64,000 nt of DNA, taken from contig JAYTVC010000014.1 of the NCBI GenBank assembly GCA_043744215.1, forward strand, positions 16,932 through 80,931, read 5' to 3'. The DNA comes from Pseudomonadota bacterium. GTDB lineage: Bacteria > Pseudomonadota > Gammaproteobacteria > Burkholderiales > JBEEJL01. This document shows, piece after piece, positions 9,245-20,605 of this stretch (position 1 is the stretch's first letter; every line of letters begins with the position of its first letter). The position numbers and the translations under genes were made by a program. Below the pieces are notes generated by a model that saw only the letters and a list, made by a program, of their open reading frames with translations, searched no databases and was not told the DNA's origin.

Positions 9245-9569
9245 CCCCATCTGCGCCGACGATTATTTGCTGAAGGCGAGGGAGCCGTCCGCGAGCAATG
9301 TTTGAGCCACGCGCTGTTTCAGTTTTGAAATGAAGACGAAAGCGAGTTTTGCTCGCGGCCCTCGCCTTCAGCAAATAATCGGCGACATCAAAAACCAAAA
9401 ACAAAAAGCAGCGCGGCGGGCGTCGCCTTTTTTGGTTACTTTATTTGGCGAAGCAAAAAAGTGACTTGCCGCCGGGCAACCCCCGGCAATGTGTTGAAGA
9501 CCGCTGAAGCTCAACGCTCCGCGTCAGGTAACGGCGCAAAAAACCGCGCCGCAACCTGACCTACTAGGC
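9245..9569. repeat. Unclassified structured repeat element, copy 1
   Basis: Aligns end to end with 49217-49542. It has a long central hairpin (9255-9386), a GC hairpin plus T6 (9415-9433), and further hairpins at 9466-9489 and 9523-9560. It ends 9 nt from the greA stop. Confidence 0.7.
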
Positions 9570-9578
9570 TATATGTTT

Positions 9579-10054
9579 TCATTCATACTTCACATCAATA
9601 ATTTCATACTCGCGCACGCCGCCGGGTGCCTGCACTTCGGCGACGTCTCCGGGATATTTGCCAATCAGCGCGCGTGAAAGCGGCGAGCTGATGGAAATTT
9701 TTCCGAGTTTGATGTCGGCTTCATCTTCACCCACGATTTGGTAAGTAACATTTTCTTTGCTGCCCAAATCCTGCAGATCAATGGTCGCACCGAACACGCA
9801 CGCGCCATCGGCATCCAGTAATTTAGGGTTGATGATTTGCGCATTGCCGAGCTTGCCTTCAAGATCCTGGATGCGGCCTTCAATAAAACTTTGCCGCTCT
9901 TTCGCCGCTTCGTACTCGGCGTTTTCCGACAGATCGCCTTGCGCGCGCGCTTCCTGAATCGCGGTGATCACGCTCGGCCGCTCAACGGTTTTGAGTTTAT
10001 GCAATTCGGCTTTCATTAAATCGGCGCCGACAATGGTTAACGGAATTTTTGCCA

Positions 10055-10055
<1 letters not shown>
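9579..10055 (-). CDS. greA: Transcription elongation factor GreA
   Basis: 158 aa with the GreA coiled-coil N-terminus (GDLSENAEYEAAKE) and C-terminal domain. Its start overlaps the carB stop (TGATG). Confidence 0.95.
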
Positions 10056-13282
<3,227 letters not shown>

Positions 13283-13384
13283 GTTTTATTTCAATTGATG
13301 TTTGTATTGCTTCAATTTAATTTACTGATGTAGGAGCATATATCGCGAATGATTCGCTTCGTGCCTCAGCACATCCCGCTAATT

Positions 13385-13462
13385 TGTCATCCTGAAAGGA
13401 ATGAAGGATCTGCTGTTGTTTTACCAGCGGAAAACAGATTCTTCGCTTCACTCAGAATAACA
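13385..13462. repeat. Imperfect ~28-bp-arm palindrome immediately downstream of leuE
   Basis: TGTCATCCTGAAAGGAATGAAGGATCTG ... CAGATTCTTCGCTTCACTCAGAATAACA. This is a REP/MITE-like hairpin between leuE and carB. Confidence 0.5.
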
Positions 13463-13463
13463 A

Positions 13464-14117
13464 CTAACCCAACGTCGTCGTCGCCAACTTGGCGCCGAAG
13501 CCGATAAACATCGCGCCGACCGTAGCCGCCAAACTGGCCGACAATTTTTTCCGACGGCTGAAAGTCTCGGCCAATTTTGCGCCCGCGATAATCAGCGTGC
13601 TCAAATAAATAAAACTGGTGATCTGAATGATGCTGCCCAAAATCAAAAACGTCAGCGCCGGGTGCGGATAAACCGGATCGACAAACTGAATAAAAAACGA
13701 AATCAAAAACATGATCGCTTTCGGATTCAATAAGCTGATCACGAGAGATTTTCTAAATAGTTGATTTAATTCAATTTTTTTAGGTTTCTCGATTGGCCCT
13801 ACTGAACCATTTTGCGCGCGAAAATTTTTCGCCGCACCCATCAACAACTGCACACCAATCCACGCTAAATAAATGGCACCGGCATATTTCACAACCAAAA
13901 ATAATGCCGGATTCGCTTTCAACACCGACGCCACGCCCGCCGCCGACAGAAACATCAGAATCGTGTCGCCAACAAAAATGCCACATGCCGCGAGGTAACC
14001 TGCCTTCACTCCGCGCTGCACTGCCACCGACAACACAAACAATGAATTCGGGCCCGGCAACAGCACGATAAAAATCACGCCCAGCACATACGTCCATAAA
14101 TCGGTAATGCCGTACAT
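13464..14117 (-). CDS. leuE: LysE/RhtB-family amino-acid exporter, LeuE-like
   Basis: 217 aa, collinear with E. coli LeuE (YWTY..IFIVL.PGPN.LFVL...GYLAACG.F.GD..LMFL). It lies between carA and carB. Confidence 0.65.
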   Translation of the reverse strand: MYGITDLWTYVLGVIFIVLLPGPNSLFVLSVAVQRGVKAGYLAACGIFVGDTILMFLSAAGVASVLKANPALFLVVKYAGAIYLAWIGVQLLMGAAKNFRAQNGSVGPIEKPKKIELNQLFRKSLVISLLNPKAIMFLISFFIQFVDPVYPHPALTFLILGSIIQITSFIYLSTLIIAGAKLAETFSRRKKLSASLAATVGAMFIGFGAKLATTTLG

Positions 14118-14120
14118 GAT

Positions 14121-15257
14121 TTATGTCGCCTTATTTTTTTCCATCATCTGCACAAAGCGATCAAACAAATATCCTACTTCATGCGGGCCGGGGCTGGCTT
14201 CCGGATGCCCCTGAAAACTGAACGCGGGTTTGTCGGTGCGAACGACGCCTTGTAGCGAGCCGTCGAATAAAGATTTGTGCGTCGCGCGCAGATTGGCGGG
14301 CAGCGTGGCTGCATCGACGGCGAAGCCGTGGTTCTGGCTGGTGATCATGACTTTGCCGGTGTCGAGATCTTGCACCGGATGGTTGGCGCCGTGATGACCA
14401 AATTTCATTTTGACGGTTTTGGCACCGCTGGCGAGGCCGAGCAATTGGTGGCCTAAACAAATGCCGAAAGTGGGAATGCCTTTATCGACCAATATTTTGA
14501 TCGCGCGAATCGCGTAGTCGCAGGGTTCCGGATCACCGGGGCCGTTGGAAAGAAAAATGCCGTCGGGTTTGAGTGCGAGCGCTGCTTCGGCGCTCGCTTG
14601 CGCGGGCAGCACGGTGACATTGCAGCCGCGCTGCGCGAGCATACGCAAAATGTTGCGCTTGATGCCGTAATCGTAGGCGACGACGTTGAATTTTCCGTCG
14701 TCGATTTTTGCGTAACCTTTGCCCAGCGCCCATTCACCTTCATGCCACGCATAGGCTTGGGTGGTGCTGACTACTTTGGCGAGGTCCATGCCTTTCAGGC
14801 CGGGAAAAGCGCGCGCCTGCTTCAAGGCTTCCGCTTCGTCGATATGACCTGCCATCAGGCAGCCGTTTTGCGCGCCTTTTTCGCGCAGCAGGCGCGTGAG
14901 ACGGCGGGTATCGATGTCGGCAATGCTGACGATATTATTTTTGATCAAATAACTTGAGAGGTTCTGCTCTGAACGAAAGCTGCTCGCAAGCAAAGGCAAA
15001 TCGCGTATCACCAAACCGGCGGCAAAAATTTTTCCCGCTTCCACGTCTTCGCCGTTCACGCCGGTGTTGCCGATGTGCGGATAAGTCAGCGTGACGATTT
15101 GTTTGCAGTAAGAAGGATCGGTGAGAATTTCCTGATAGCCTGTCATGGCGGTGTTAAACACCACTTCGCCGACCGACACGCCTGGAGCGCCAATAGATGC
15201 TCCCCGGAAGACTGATCCATCTGCAAGAACGAGGATGGCGGGGACGGTGGACGGCAC
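14121..15257 (-). CDS. carA: Carbamoyl-phosphate synthase small subunit
   Basis: Amidotransferase site GICLGHQLL. The track ORF starts at a TTG at 15287; a GTG at 15257 preceded by GGAG gives [14 protein letters not shown], a typical CarA N-terminus. Confidence 0.93.
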   Translation of the reverse strand: MPSTVPAILVLADGSVFRGASIGAPGVSVGEVVFNTAMTGYQEILTDPSYCKQIVTLTYPHIGNTGVNGEDVEAGKIFAAGLVIRDLPLLASSFRSEQNLSSYLIKNNIVSIADIDTRRLTRLLREKGAQNGCLMAGHIDEAEALKQARAFPGLKGMDLAKVVSTTQAYAWHEGEWALGKGYAKIDDGKFNVVAYDYGIKRNILRMLAQRGCNVTVLPAQASAEAALALKPDGIFLSNGPGDPEPCDYAIRAIKILVDKGIPTFGICLGHQLLGLASGAKTVKMKFGHHGANHPVQDLDTGKVMITSQNHGFAVDAATLPANLRATHKSLFDGSLQGVVRTDKPAFSFQGHPEASPGPHEVGYLFDRFVQMMEKNKAT

Positions 15258-15395
15258 GGAAAACTCCAGAAAACTGCGCAAATTCAAGGTACAAAAAATG
15301 CGGGAAAGATTTTTGTCTTCCCCGCGCTATTTTGAGTTCGAATTATAGCGCAAACGCAGCGCACGTTCAATGCGCATTTTCAATTTGCGTGGAGA

Positions 15396-16412
15396 TTATT
15401 GGCTCGGCAAACCCAACAACGATACATCGCCCGTTTGCACCGCTTTCAAAATCAGCTGTCGCACCCGTTGCACCTCATTGCGATCGGCATCGCTATCGAG
15501 GTTGTCAAGAATTTGTTTACTGACATTCGGCGCGGCGCATCGGTTCTGGTCGATGCAAGCGCTGACCCAACTGACGGAATCGCGCGTGCAATCGGCACCC
15601 AAATCGCAGGCAACCATGCGCGCGGCCGCATCGACAACCTCGTAACTGATGGGCTGATTGCCCAGGCCCAACAGCATGTAATCGAGGCCGGGGCGCTGCA
15701 ACAGCGAAGCCATTTCGGCTATGGCGTAAGGGTCCTGCGCCTTCAATACGCCGCCAACTGTTTTGGCAATATCGGCGTCGGAATATTTATCATCGATGAG
15801 CACGCCGAGTGACGCGCGCGCCTTCACATCGCCCTGCTGTACGGCGGCTTCTTTTAATGCACCCAGTTCGCGCAGCGTTTCTTTTACAGGCCGCGTTTCC
15901 AAACCATTACAGCGACTTTGCAAAATTTTGAATGCCTCAGTGCGGTCAGCCAATTCTTTACCTTCCGCGCTCCACTGATAAAAATTATCTGCGGATTCGT
16001 AGGTTTTTCCCTGCGGGTTTTTGGCAAAGCGCACACAGATTTCCAGCGCATTGGCCACCCAGAATTTGAAACCGGGCGATGGGTTGTTGCGATATTTTTC
16101 GTAAAACGCCTTGAGGTCGCGGGCCCGTTGAAACTCCAGCGCGACGGCCATCTCCGGCGCCAGCAGTTTTTCCGACGCAGGATTTTTCTCGACGTTTGCA
16201 CGCGATGGCGCATCGACCGGTTGCGCCAATTTCGCCTCCGACTCTTTTGCGGAAGGCGAAAGTGGTTCCGTTCTACTATCGGCGGCGGTGGAAGAAGCTG
16301 AAACTTTTGGGCGAAGAGTAGACGCGGAATGTTGATCAAAAGGATAGTACAACAAGACGCCAGCGATGGCTAAAATACTGATAATAATCAAATAGATAGC
16401 GTATTTCTGCAC
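15396..16412 (-). CDS. Hypothetical membrane-anchored protein
   Basis: 338 aa with an N-terminal TM helix, an S/A/P-rich linker, and a ~240-aa Cys-containing domain that I cannot assign to a family. Confidence 0.6.
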   Translation of the reverse strand: MQKYAIYLIIISILAIAGVLLYYPFDQHSASTLRPKVSASSTAADSRTEPLSPSAKESEAKLAQPVDAPSRANVEKNPASEKLLAPEMAVALEFQRARDLKAFYEKYRNNPSPGFKFWVANALEICVRFAKNPQGKTYESADNFYQWSAEGKELADRTEAFKILQSRCNGLETRPVKETLRELGALKEAAVQQGDVKARASLGVLIDDKYSDADIAKTVGGVLKAQDPYAIAEMASLLQRPGLDYMLLGLGNQPISYEVVDAAARMVACDLGADCTRDSVSWVSACIDQNRCAAPNVSKQILDNLDSDADRNEVQRVRQLILKAVQTGDVSLLGLPSQ

Positions 16413-16442
16413 AGCGGCTTATGCGCGGATCTTTGCGCGATG

Positions 16443-17249
16443 TCAGCGCAAGCCCAACACGTCTTGCATATCGTAGAGCCCGTTCTTTTTATTGGCTAAA
16501 AATTTTGCCGCGCGAAGCGCGCCTTGTGCGAACGTCGCGCGGCTGCTGGCTTTGTGGGTGATCTCGATGCGCTCGCCGATGCCGGCGAACAGCGCGGTGT
16601 GGTCACCCACAATATCGCCGCCACGCACGGTGGCAAAGCCGATGGTGGATGGCTTGCGTTCACCCGTGACGCCCTCGCGTCCATAAACGGCGCAATCTTT
16701 TAACGAACGGCCCAAGCTGTTTGCGATGACTTCACCCATGCCCAGCGCGGTGCCTGATGGCGCATCCACTTTATGGCGATGGTGGGCTTCGATGATTTCG
16801 ATGTCATAACCTTCGTTCAAAACCTTGGCGGCTATTTCAAGCAACTTGAACGTCACGTTCACGCCGACGCTCATGTTAGGCGCGAAAACAATGGCGATGT
16901 CTTTGGACGCATCGCGGATAATATTTTTTTGTTCGTCACTAAAACCTGTGGTGCCAATCACCGCCTTCACACTTTTCGCACGACAAACCGCGAGATGCGC
17001 CAGTGTGCCTTCGGGGCGGGTGAAGTCGATCAGCATATGGCTGGCAGCCAGGGCGGCATTCACATCGGCAGAAATTTTTACGCCGGATGTGCCGCCGTTA
17101 AATGCCAGTGCATCCAGCCCGATGAATTCGCTGCCGGGCATTTCAAGCGCTGCGCCAAGGCGCATATCGGCATCGGCCTCGATGCTTTCGATCAGCGCAC
17201 GGCCCATGCGGCCGCCGCTGCCGGCGATACAGATATTTATTGCGCTCAT
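16443..17249 (-). CDS. dapB: 4-hydroxy-tetrahydrodipicolinate reductase
   Basis: 268 aa with NAD motif GSGGRMG and signature [15 protein letters not shown]. Confidence 0.95.
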   Translation of the reverse strand: MSAINICIAGSGGRMGRALIESIEADADMRLGAALEMPGSEFIGLDALAFNGGTSGVKISADVNAALAASHMLIDFTRPEGTLAHLAVCRAKSVKAVIGTTGFSDEQKNIIRDASKDIAIVFAPNMSVGVNVTFKLLEIAAKVLNEGYDIEIIEAHHRHKVDAPSGTALGMGEVIANSLGRSLKDCAVYGREGVTGERKPSTIGFATVRGGDIVGDHTALFAGIGERIEITHKASSRATFAQGALRAAKFLANKKNGLYDMQDVLGLR

Positions 17250-17590
17250 TGCTTTAAGCCTGGCTCTGCCGTTGCCAGGCCTTCGCCTTCGATGCGCTTC
17301 AATAGGTCGCTTTCAAAATACAGCGACAACTTGTGCTCTTCTTTTACGCTCCAGCCTTTACGCATGCGATACAAATAATCCCAGCGGTCGGCGTGATACA
17401 CGTCGGTCAGCAAAGGTGTGCCGAGCAGATTTTTCACTTCGTTGCGGCTCATGCCGGGCTTGAGTTTGGCAACGGTTTCCTGCGGGACAATATTGCCCTG
17501 CTGAATGTCAATTTTATAAGGGGTAAGATAGCTACAGGCCGACAATAAAAATGCGAGGCCTAATGAAAAAAATAAATTAAAGGTGCGCAT
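17246..17590 (-). CDS. bamE: Outer membrane protein assembly factor BamE (SmpA/OmlA)
   Basis: 114 aa with lipobox LLSAC and the motif [14 protein letters not shown]. It overlaps the dapB start by 4 nt. Confidence 0.85.
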   Translation of the reverse strand: MRTFNLFFSLGLAFLLSACSYLTPYKIDIQQGNIVPQETVAKLKPGMSRNEVKNLLGTPLLTDVYHADRWDYLYRMRKGWSVKEEHKLSLYFESDLLKRIEGEGLATAEPGLKQ

Positions 17591-17692
17591 GGGTGTTTTC
17601 CAATGAAATCATCAGGCGCCATTATAGCTTGCGCGGAAGGCTTGGGACAGATGGCGGCTTAACGTTCGCGGCAGGATGTGGTACAAAGACAT

Positions 17693-18118
17693 ATGAGCAA
17701 CCCAAACGATCTCAAAAACATCGGCCTCAAGGCCACGCTGCCGCGCCTGAAGGTGCTGAATTTATTTGAGCAAAGCGAAGTGCGCCACCTCACGGCTGAA
17801 GATGTATTCCGGCTGCTGGGCAACGACGGCATCGACATCGGCCTCGCCACCGTCTATCGTGTGCTCACGCAATTCGAGCAAGCCGGATTATTGTCGCGCC
17901 ACCACTTTGAAAGCGGCAAGGCGGTATATGAATTAAACCAGGGCGGCCATCACGATCACCTGGTGTGCCTGCAATGCGGGCGGGTGGAAGAATTTTACGA
18001 CGCGGAAATCGAGCGGCGTCAAAACAAAATCGCCAGCGAGCGGGGCTTTGCCATCCACGACCACTCGCTGCATATTTACGCCGATTGCACCAAGCCGTCG
18101 TGCCCACACAAAACCTGA
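17693..18118 (+). CDS. fur: Ferric uptake regulator
   Basis: LKATLPRLKVLNLFE..., HHDHLVC..CG and a C-terminal Cys pair. The track ORF begins at GTG 17678; ATG 17693 gives MSNPNDLK. Confidence 0.92.
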   Translation: MSNPNDLKNIGLKATLPRLKVLNLFEQSEVRHLTAEDVFRLLGNDGIDIGLATVYRVLTQFEQAGLLSRHHFESGKAVYELNQGGHHDHLVCLQCGRVEEFYDAEIERRQNKIASERGFAIHDHSLHIYADCTKPSCPHKT

Positions 18119-18208
18119 GCATCATGCTGGCTTGTCATCACATTTGCTGTAGCGACGTTAATGCCGGAAGCTGTTTCCCCTTAACAAATTTTTTACAGGA
18201 ACACCAAC

Positions 18209-18610
18209 ATGACTGTTGATTTTCGTTTGCTGCTGCGCTCACTGCTGCTTGCCACCACGCTTATAGTTGTATGCGGCCAGGCGTCAGCGTATGAAGCGCC
18301 CTCGGGGCTGCGCAAATTATTCGGCTCCTCCGACAGCGCCACCCTAACCGTCAGCCAGCTTCCCGGTGAAGCGCAAGACACGCTCAAGCTGATCAAACAA
18401 AAGGGGCCCTTCCCTTATAGCCGCGATGGCGTCGTATTCAGCAACCGCGAAAAACGCCTGCCCAAACAAGCGCGCGGCTATTATCATGAATACACCGTCA
18501 AAACCCCCGGCGCGCGCAATCGCGGCGCGCGGCGCATCATCGCCGGCAACGCCGGCGAATACTATTACACCGACGACCATTACGATTCCTTCAAACAGAT
18601 TAAGGAGTAA
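18209..18610 (+). CDS. Secreted guanyl-specific ribonuclease (barnase/RNase Sa family)
   Basis: 133 aa with a signal peptide. YYHEYTVKTPGARNRGARRIIAG...YYYTDDHYDSFKQI matches the microbial RNase catalytic core. Confidence 0.8.
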   Translation: MTVDFRLLLRSLLLATTLIVVCGQASAYEAPSGLRKLFGSSDSATLTVSQLPGEAQDTLKLIKQKGPFPYSRDGVVFSNREKRLPKQARGYYHEYTVKTPGARNRGARRIIAGNAGEYYYTDDHYDSFKQIKE

Positions 18611-18613
18611 GCC

Positions 18614-19051
18614 TTGAAGACGCTGAAATCTTTATTGGCAGAAAAAAAACACGGCGGCGTATATCAACTCACCTCCGCCGCCGCCCATTCTGAAATTGAA
18701 AAAGCCGCCAAGGCCGCGAAGTTCGCCTACTTCCACATCGAAGGCAAAAAGATCGAGAAAAAAGAACAATTTCTCAATCACGCCTCCGTCGCCATGCACT
18801 TCCCCGAATATTTTGGCGACAACTGGGATGCGTTCGAAGATTGCCTCACCGACCTCTCATGGCAAGATGCGCCGGGTTACGTGATTCTGTTCGACCACTA
18901 CGACGCCATGGCCGCCCACGCCCACGGCCAATTCGAAACCGCGCTGGAAGTATTCCAAAGCGCAGTTGAATTCTGGGAAGAACAAAGCAAAGTCATGATC
19001 GTATTACTGCGAGGCAAACCGTTACTGGAAGATGTTGAAAAAATCGGTTGA
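18614..19051 (+). CDS. Barstar-family RNase inhibitor
   Basis: 145 aa with a TTG start 7 nt after AGGAG. The NWDAFEDCLTDLSW motif is barstar-like. It starts 4 nt after the RNase stop. Confidence 0.75.
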   Translation: MKTLKSLLAEKKHGGVYQLTSAAAHSEIEKAAKAAKFAYFHIEGKKIEKKEQFLNHASVAMHFPEYFGDNWDAFEDCLTDLSWQDAPGYVILFDHYDAMAAHAHGQFETALEVFQSAVEFWEEQSKVMIVLLRGKPLLEDVEKIG

Positions 19052-19099
19052 AATTTTTATTTAAAAAATAGCTTACTTTTTTTTGCGAACTCTCCAAAC

Positions 19100-19128
19100 A
19101 AAACCCCGCCGAAGCGGGGTTTTTATTT
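19100..19128. terminator. Bidirectional intrinsic terminator
   Basis: AAAA-CCCCGC-cgaa-GCGGGG-TTTTTATTTT between convergent genes. Confidence 0.8.
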
Positions 19129-19149
19129 TGCTCGAATTTGTGTGAGGAA

Positions 19150-19668
19150 TTACTGAGGCACACGGTCACGGCGTGAAATGCCGACGAGGCCAAGCAGGCC
19201 GATGCCTAACAGCCACACAGCCGGCGGCAAAGGGTCATCGCCGGTACGGCTCGATTTATCCTGCACCGATGCGATGAGCGGGGTGGCGACGAACGCATTC
19301 ACCAGGCGCGTGCCCAATACTTCTTGCGGCGCGCTATTGAGTTTCGTCGGCTTCGGCGTTGCCACATCCTCGCGTTGGGAGTTTTTCTTCCCGAGATTTT
19401 CAAGCTCTGCTGGCGCGGCGAGTTTGAGCGACAGCGCGGGGCCGTTTTCCAGATTCGCCAATGGCGAGGGTGTGACCAGCGGCGAAAAAGTGACGACGGG
19501 TGCGCTCTCGCGCAACAAGGCGCGCGCATTTTGCGGTGTGATGGTGGTGATATCGGTAATAGGCAAAGGCTTGGCAGAAGAATCGGCCACAAAGGGGCTG
19601 ACGCTGGCAGCATGCACGGACGCAGCAGCGAAGCACAGAGATAACAGGAATATTTTGATGTGACGCAT
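19150..19668 (-). CDS. PEP-CTERM sorting-domain secreted protein
   Basis: The C-terminus DPLPPAVWLLGIGLLGLVGISRRDR is a PEP-CTERM anchor. A signal peptide follows the internal Met (MRHIKIFLLSLCFAAASVHA). The track ORF extends to 19686. Confidence 0.75.
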   Translation of the reverse strand: MRHIKIFLLSLCFAAASVHAASVSPFVADSSAKPLPITDITTITPQNARALLRESAPVVTFSPLVTPSPLANLENGPALSLKLAAPAELENLGKKNSQREDVATPKPTKLNSAPQEVLGTRLVNAFVATPLIASVQDKSSRTGDDPLPPAVWLLGIGLLGLVGISRRDRVPQ

Positions 19669-19888
19669 AGTTCGAAACGCTCGCATGAACTGAACGAAGG
19701 GCGCATGCCCCTCTACTTGTATATAGCCGGATTATTTCAGCATGGAGCAATCAGCACAGGTAGGGAGTGATGGGGTAAACACTGTATATTTCGTCGTAAT
19801 AACCCTACATATTGTTGTTTGTAAACAACTGTAAACCATTGAGTGTGGTATTTAAGCAGCTTGCTTGAGAAATACAGCGGGCCTGTAT

Positions 19889-20605
19889 TCAGGCATGCCG
19901 AGGGCAGATTATTTGTAACTTATTGATTATATTGATATTTTTTACGCAAATATGGGTGCCGTAAGCCAGCACTTCGACGCCGCATTTCAATGCATCACGC
20001 AATGTTTTACCGTACACCGCATCAATCTCATCGGCCGGCCGCACTTGCTCTACATCATCCCGCTGTACGCAAAACACCAACACCGCGCGATGGCCCGCTT
20101 GCACCACGGCCATTAATTCACGCAAATGTTTGCTGCCCCGCTTGCTCACCGCATCGGGGAACAACGCGATGCCATCGCTCACAGCCGCCGTGACATTTTT
20201 TACTTCGACAAAACATTGTTCGCCGTTTGATTTGCTCAGCAGCAAATCGACGCGGCTATTTTCTGCGCCAAATTTTACTTCGCGTTTTATTTCTGCGTAA
20301 CCTTGCAGCGGATGGATGATGCCGTTTGCTATCGCTTCTTCCACCAAACGATTGGGCAATGAGGTGTTGATGCCGACGAGCGTATCGCCGACTTCGATCA
20401 ACTCCCAGGTATGCGCATATTTTCTGTCAGGGTTTTCCGACTGCGATAGCCACACGCGGCTGCCAGGCTCGCACACGCCCATCATCGAGCCGGTGTTGGG
20501 ACAATGGGCGGTGAGGGTGCTGCCGTCGGCCAATTGCACATCGGCAAGAAAGCGTTTATAGCGTTTGATCAGCCGGGCTTCAATCAACGGCGATGCAAAT
20601 TTCAT
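19889..20605 (-). CDS. sfsA: Sugar fermentation stimulation protein SfsA (DNA-binding nuclease-like)
   Basis: 238 aa with N-terminus MKFASPLIEARLIKRYKRFLADV, typical of SfsA. Its start overlaps the putA stop (ATGA). Confidence 0.85.
   Translation of the reverse strand: MKFASPLIEARLIKRYKRFLADVQLADGSTLTAHCPNTGSMMGVCEPGSRVWLSQSENPDRKYAHTWELIEVGDTLVGINTSLPNRLVEEAIANGIIHPLQGYAEIKREVKFGAENSRVDLLLSKSNGEQCFVEVKNVTAAVSDGIALFPDAVSKRGSKHLRELMAVVQAGHRAVLVFCVQRDDVEQVRPADEIDAVYGKTLRDALKCGVEVLAYGTHICVKNINIINKLQIICPRHA
19915..19941 (-). repeat. AT-rich IHF-core motif (copy d), inside the sfsA 3' end
   Basis: Reverse complement is AAAATATCAATATAATCAATAAGTTAC. It is translated as KNINIINKLQ in the sfsA ORF. 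Confidence 0.7.

Noticed and set aside
9245-9386. The structured element considered as an integron attC site, a retron msr-msd, or a DGR template/variable repeat pair.
   Set aside because: There is no integrase or RT gene within reach. No RYYYAAC/GTTRRRY core sites are present. The differences between copies are not adenine-specific and occur symmetrically in both hairpin arms.
9198-9404. ORFs 9198-9404(-) and 49071-49364(-) share the peptide SKTR(F/L)RLH..TE.ARGSNIAR inside the two structured-element copies.
   Set aside because: The similarity is confined to the conserved hairpin apex. 5 of 7 nucleotide differences there would be nonsynonymous, and the flanking parts of the ORFs fall in the variable palindromic arms and are unrelated. 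The plus-strand ORFs starting MK(T/A)KASFAR also lose frame after indels. So this is RNA or DNA structure rather than a protein.
17602-17614. AATGAAATCATCA between bamE and fur, considered as a Fur box.
   Set aside because: It matches the 19-bp Fur consensus only after a 1-nt gap and covers roughly half the site. That is too weak to call.
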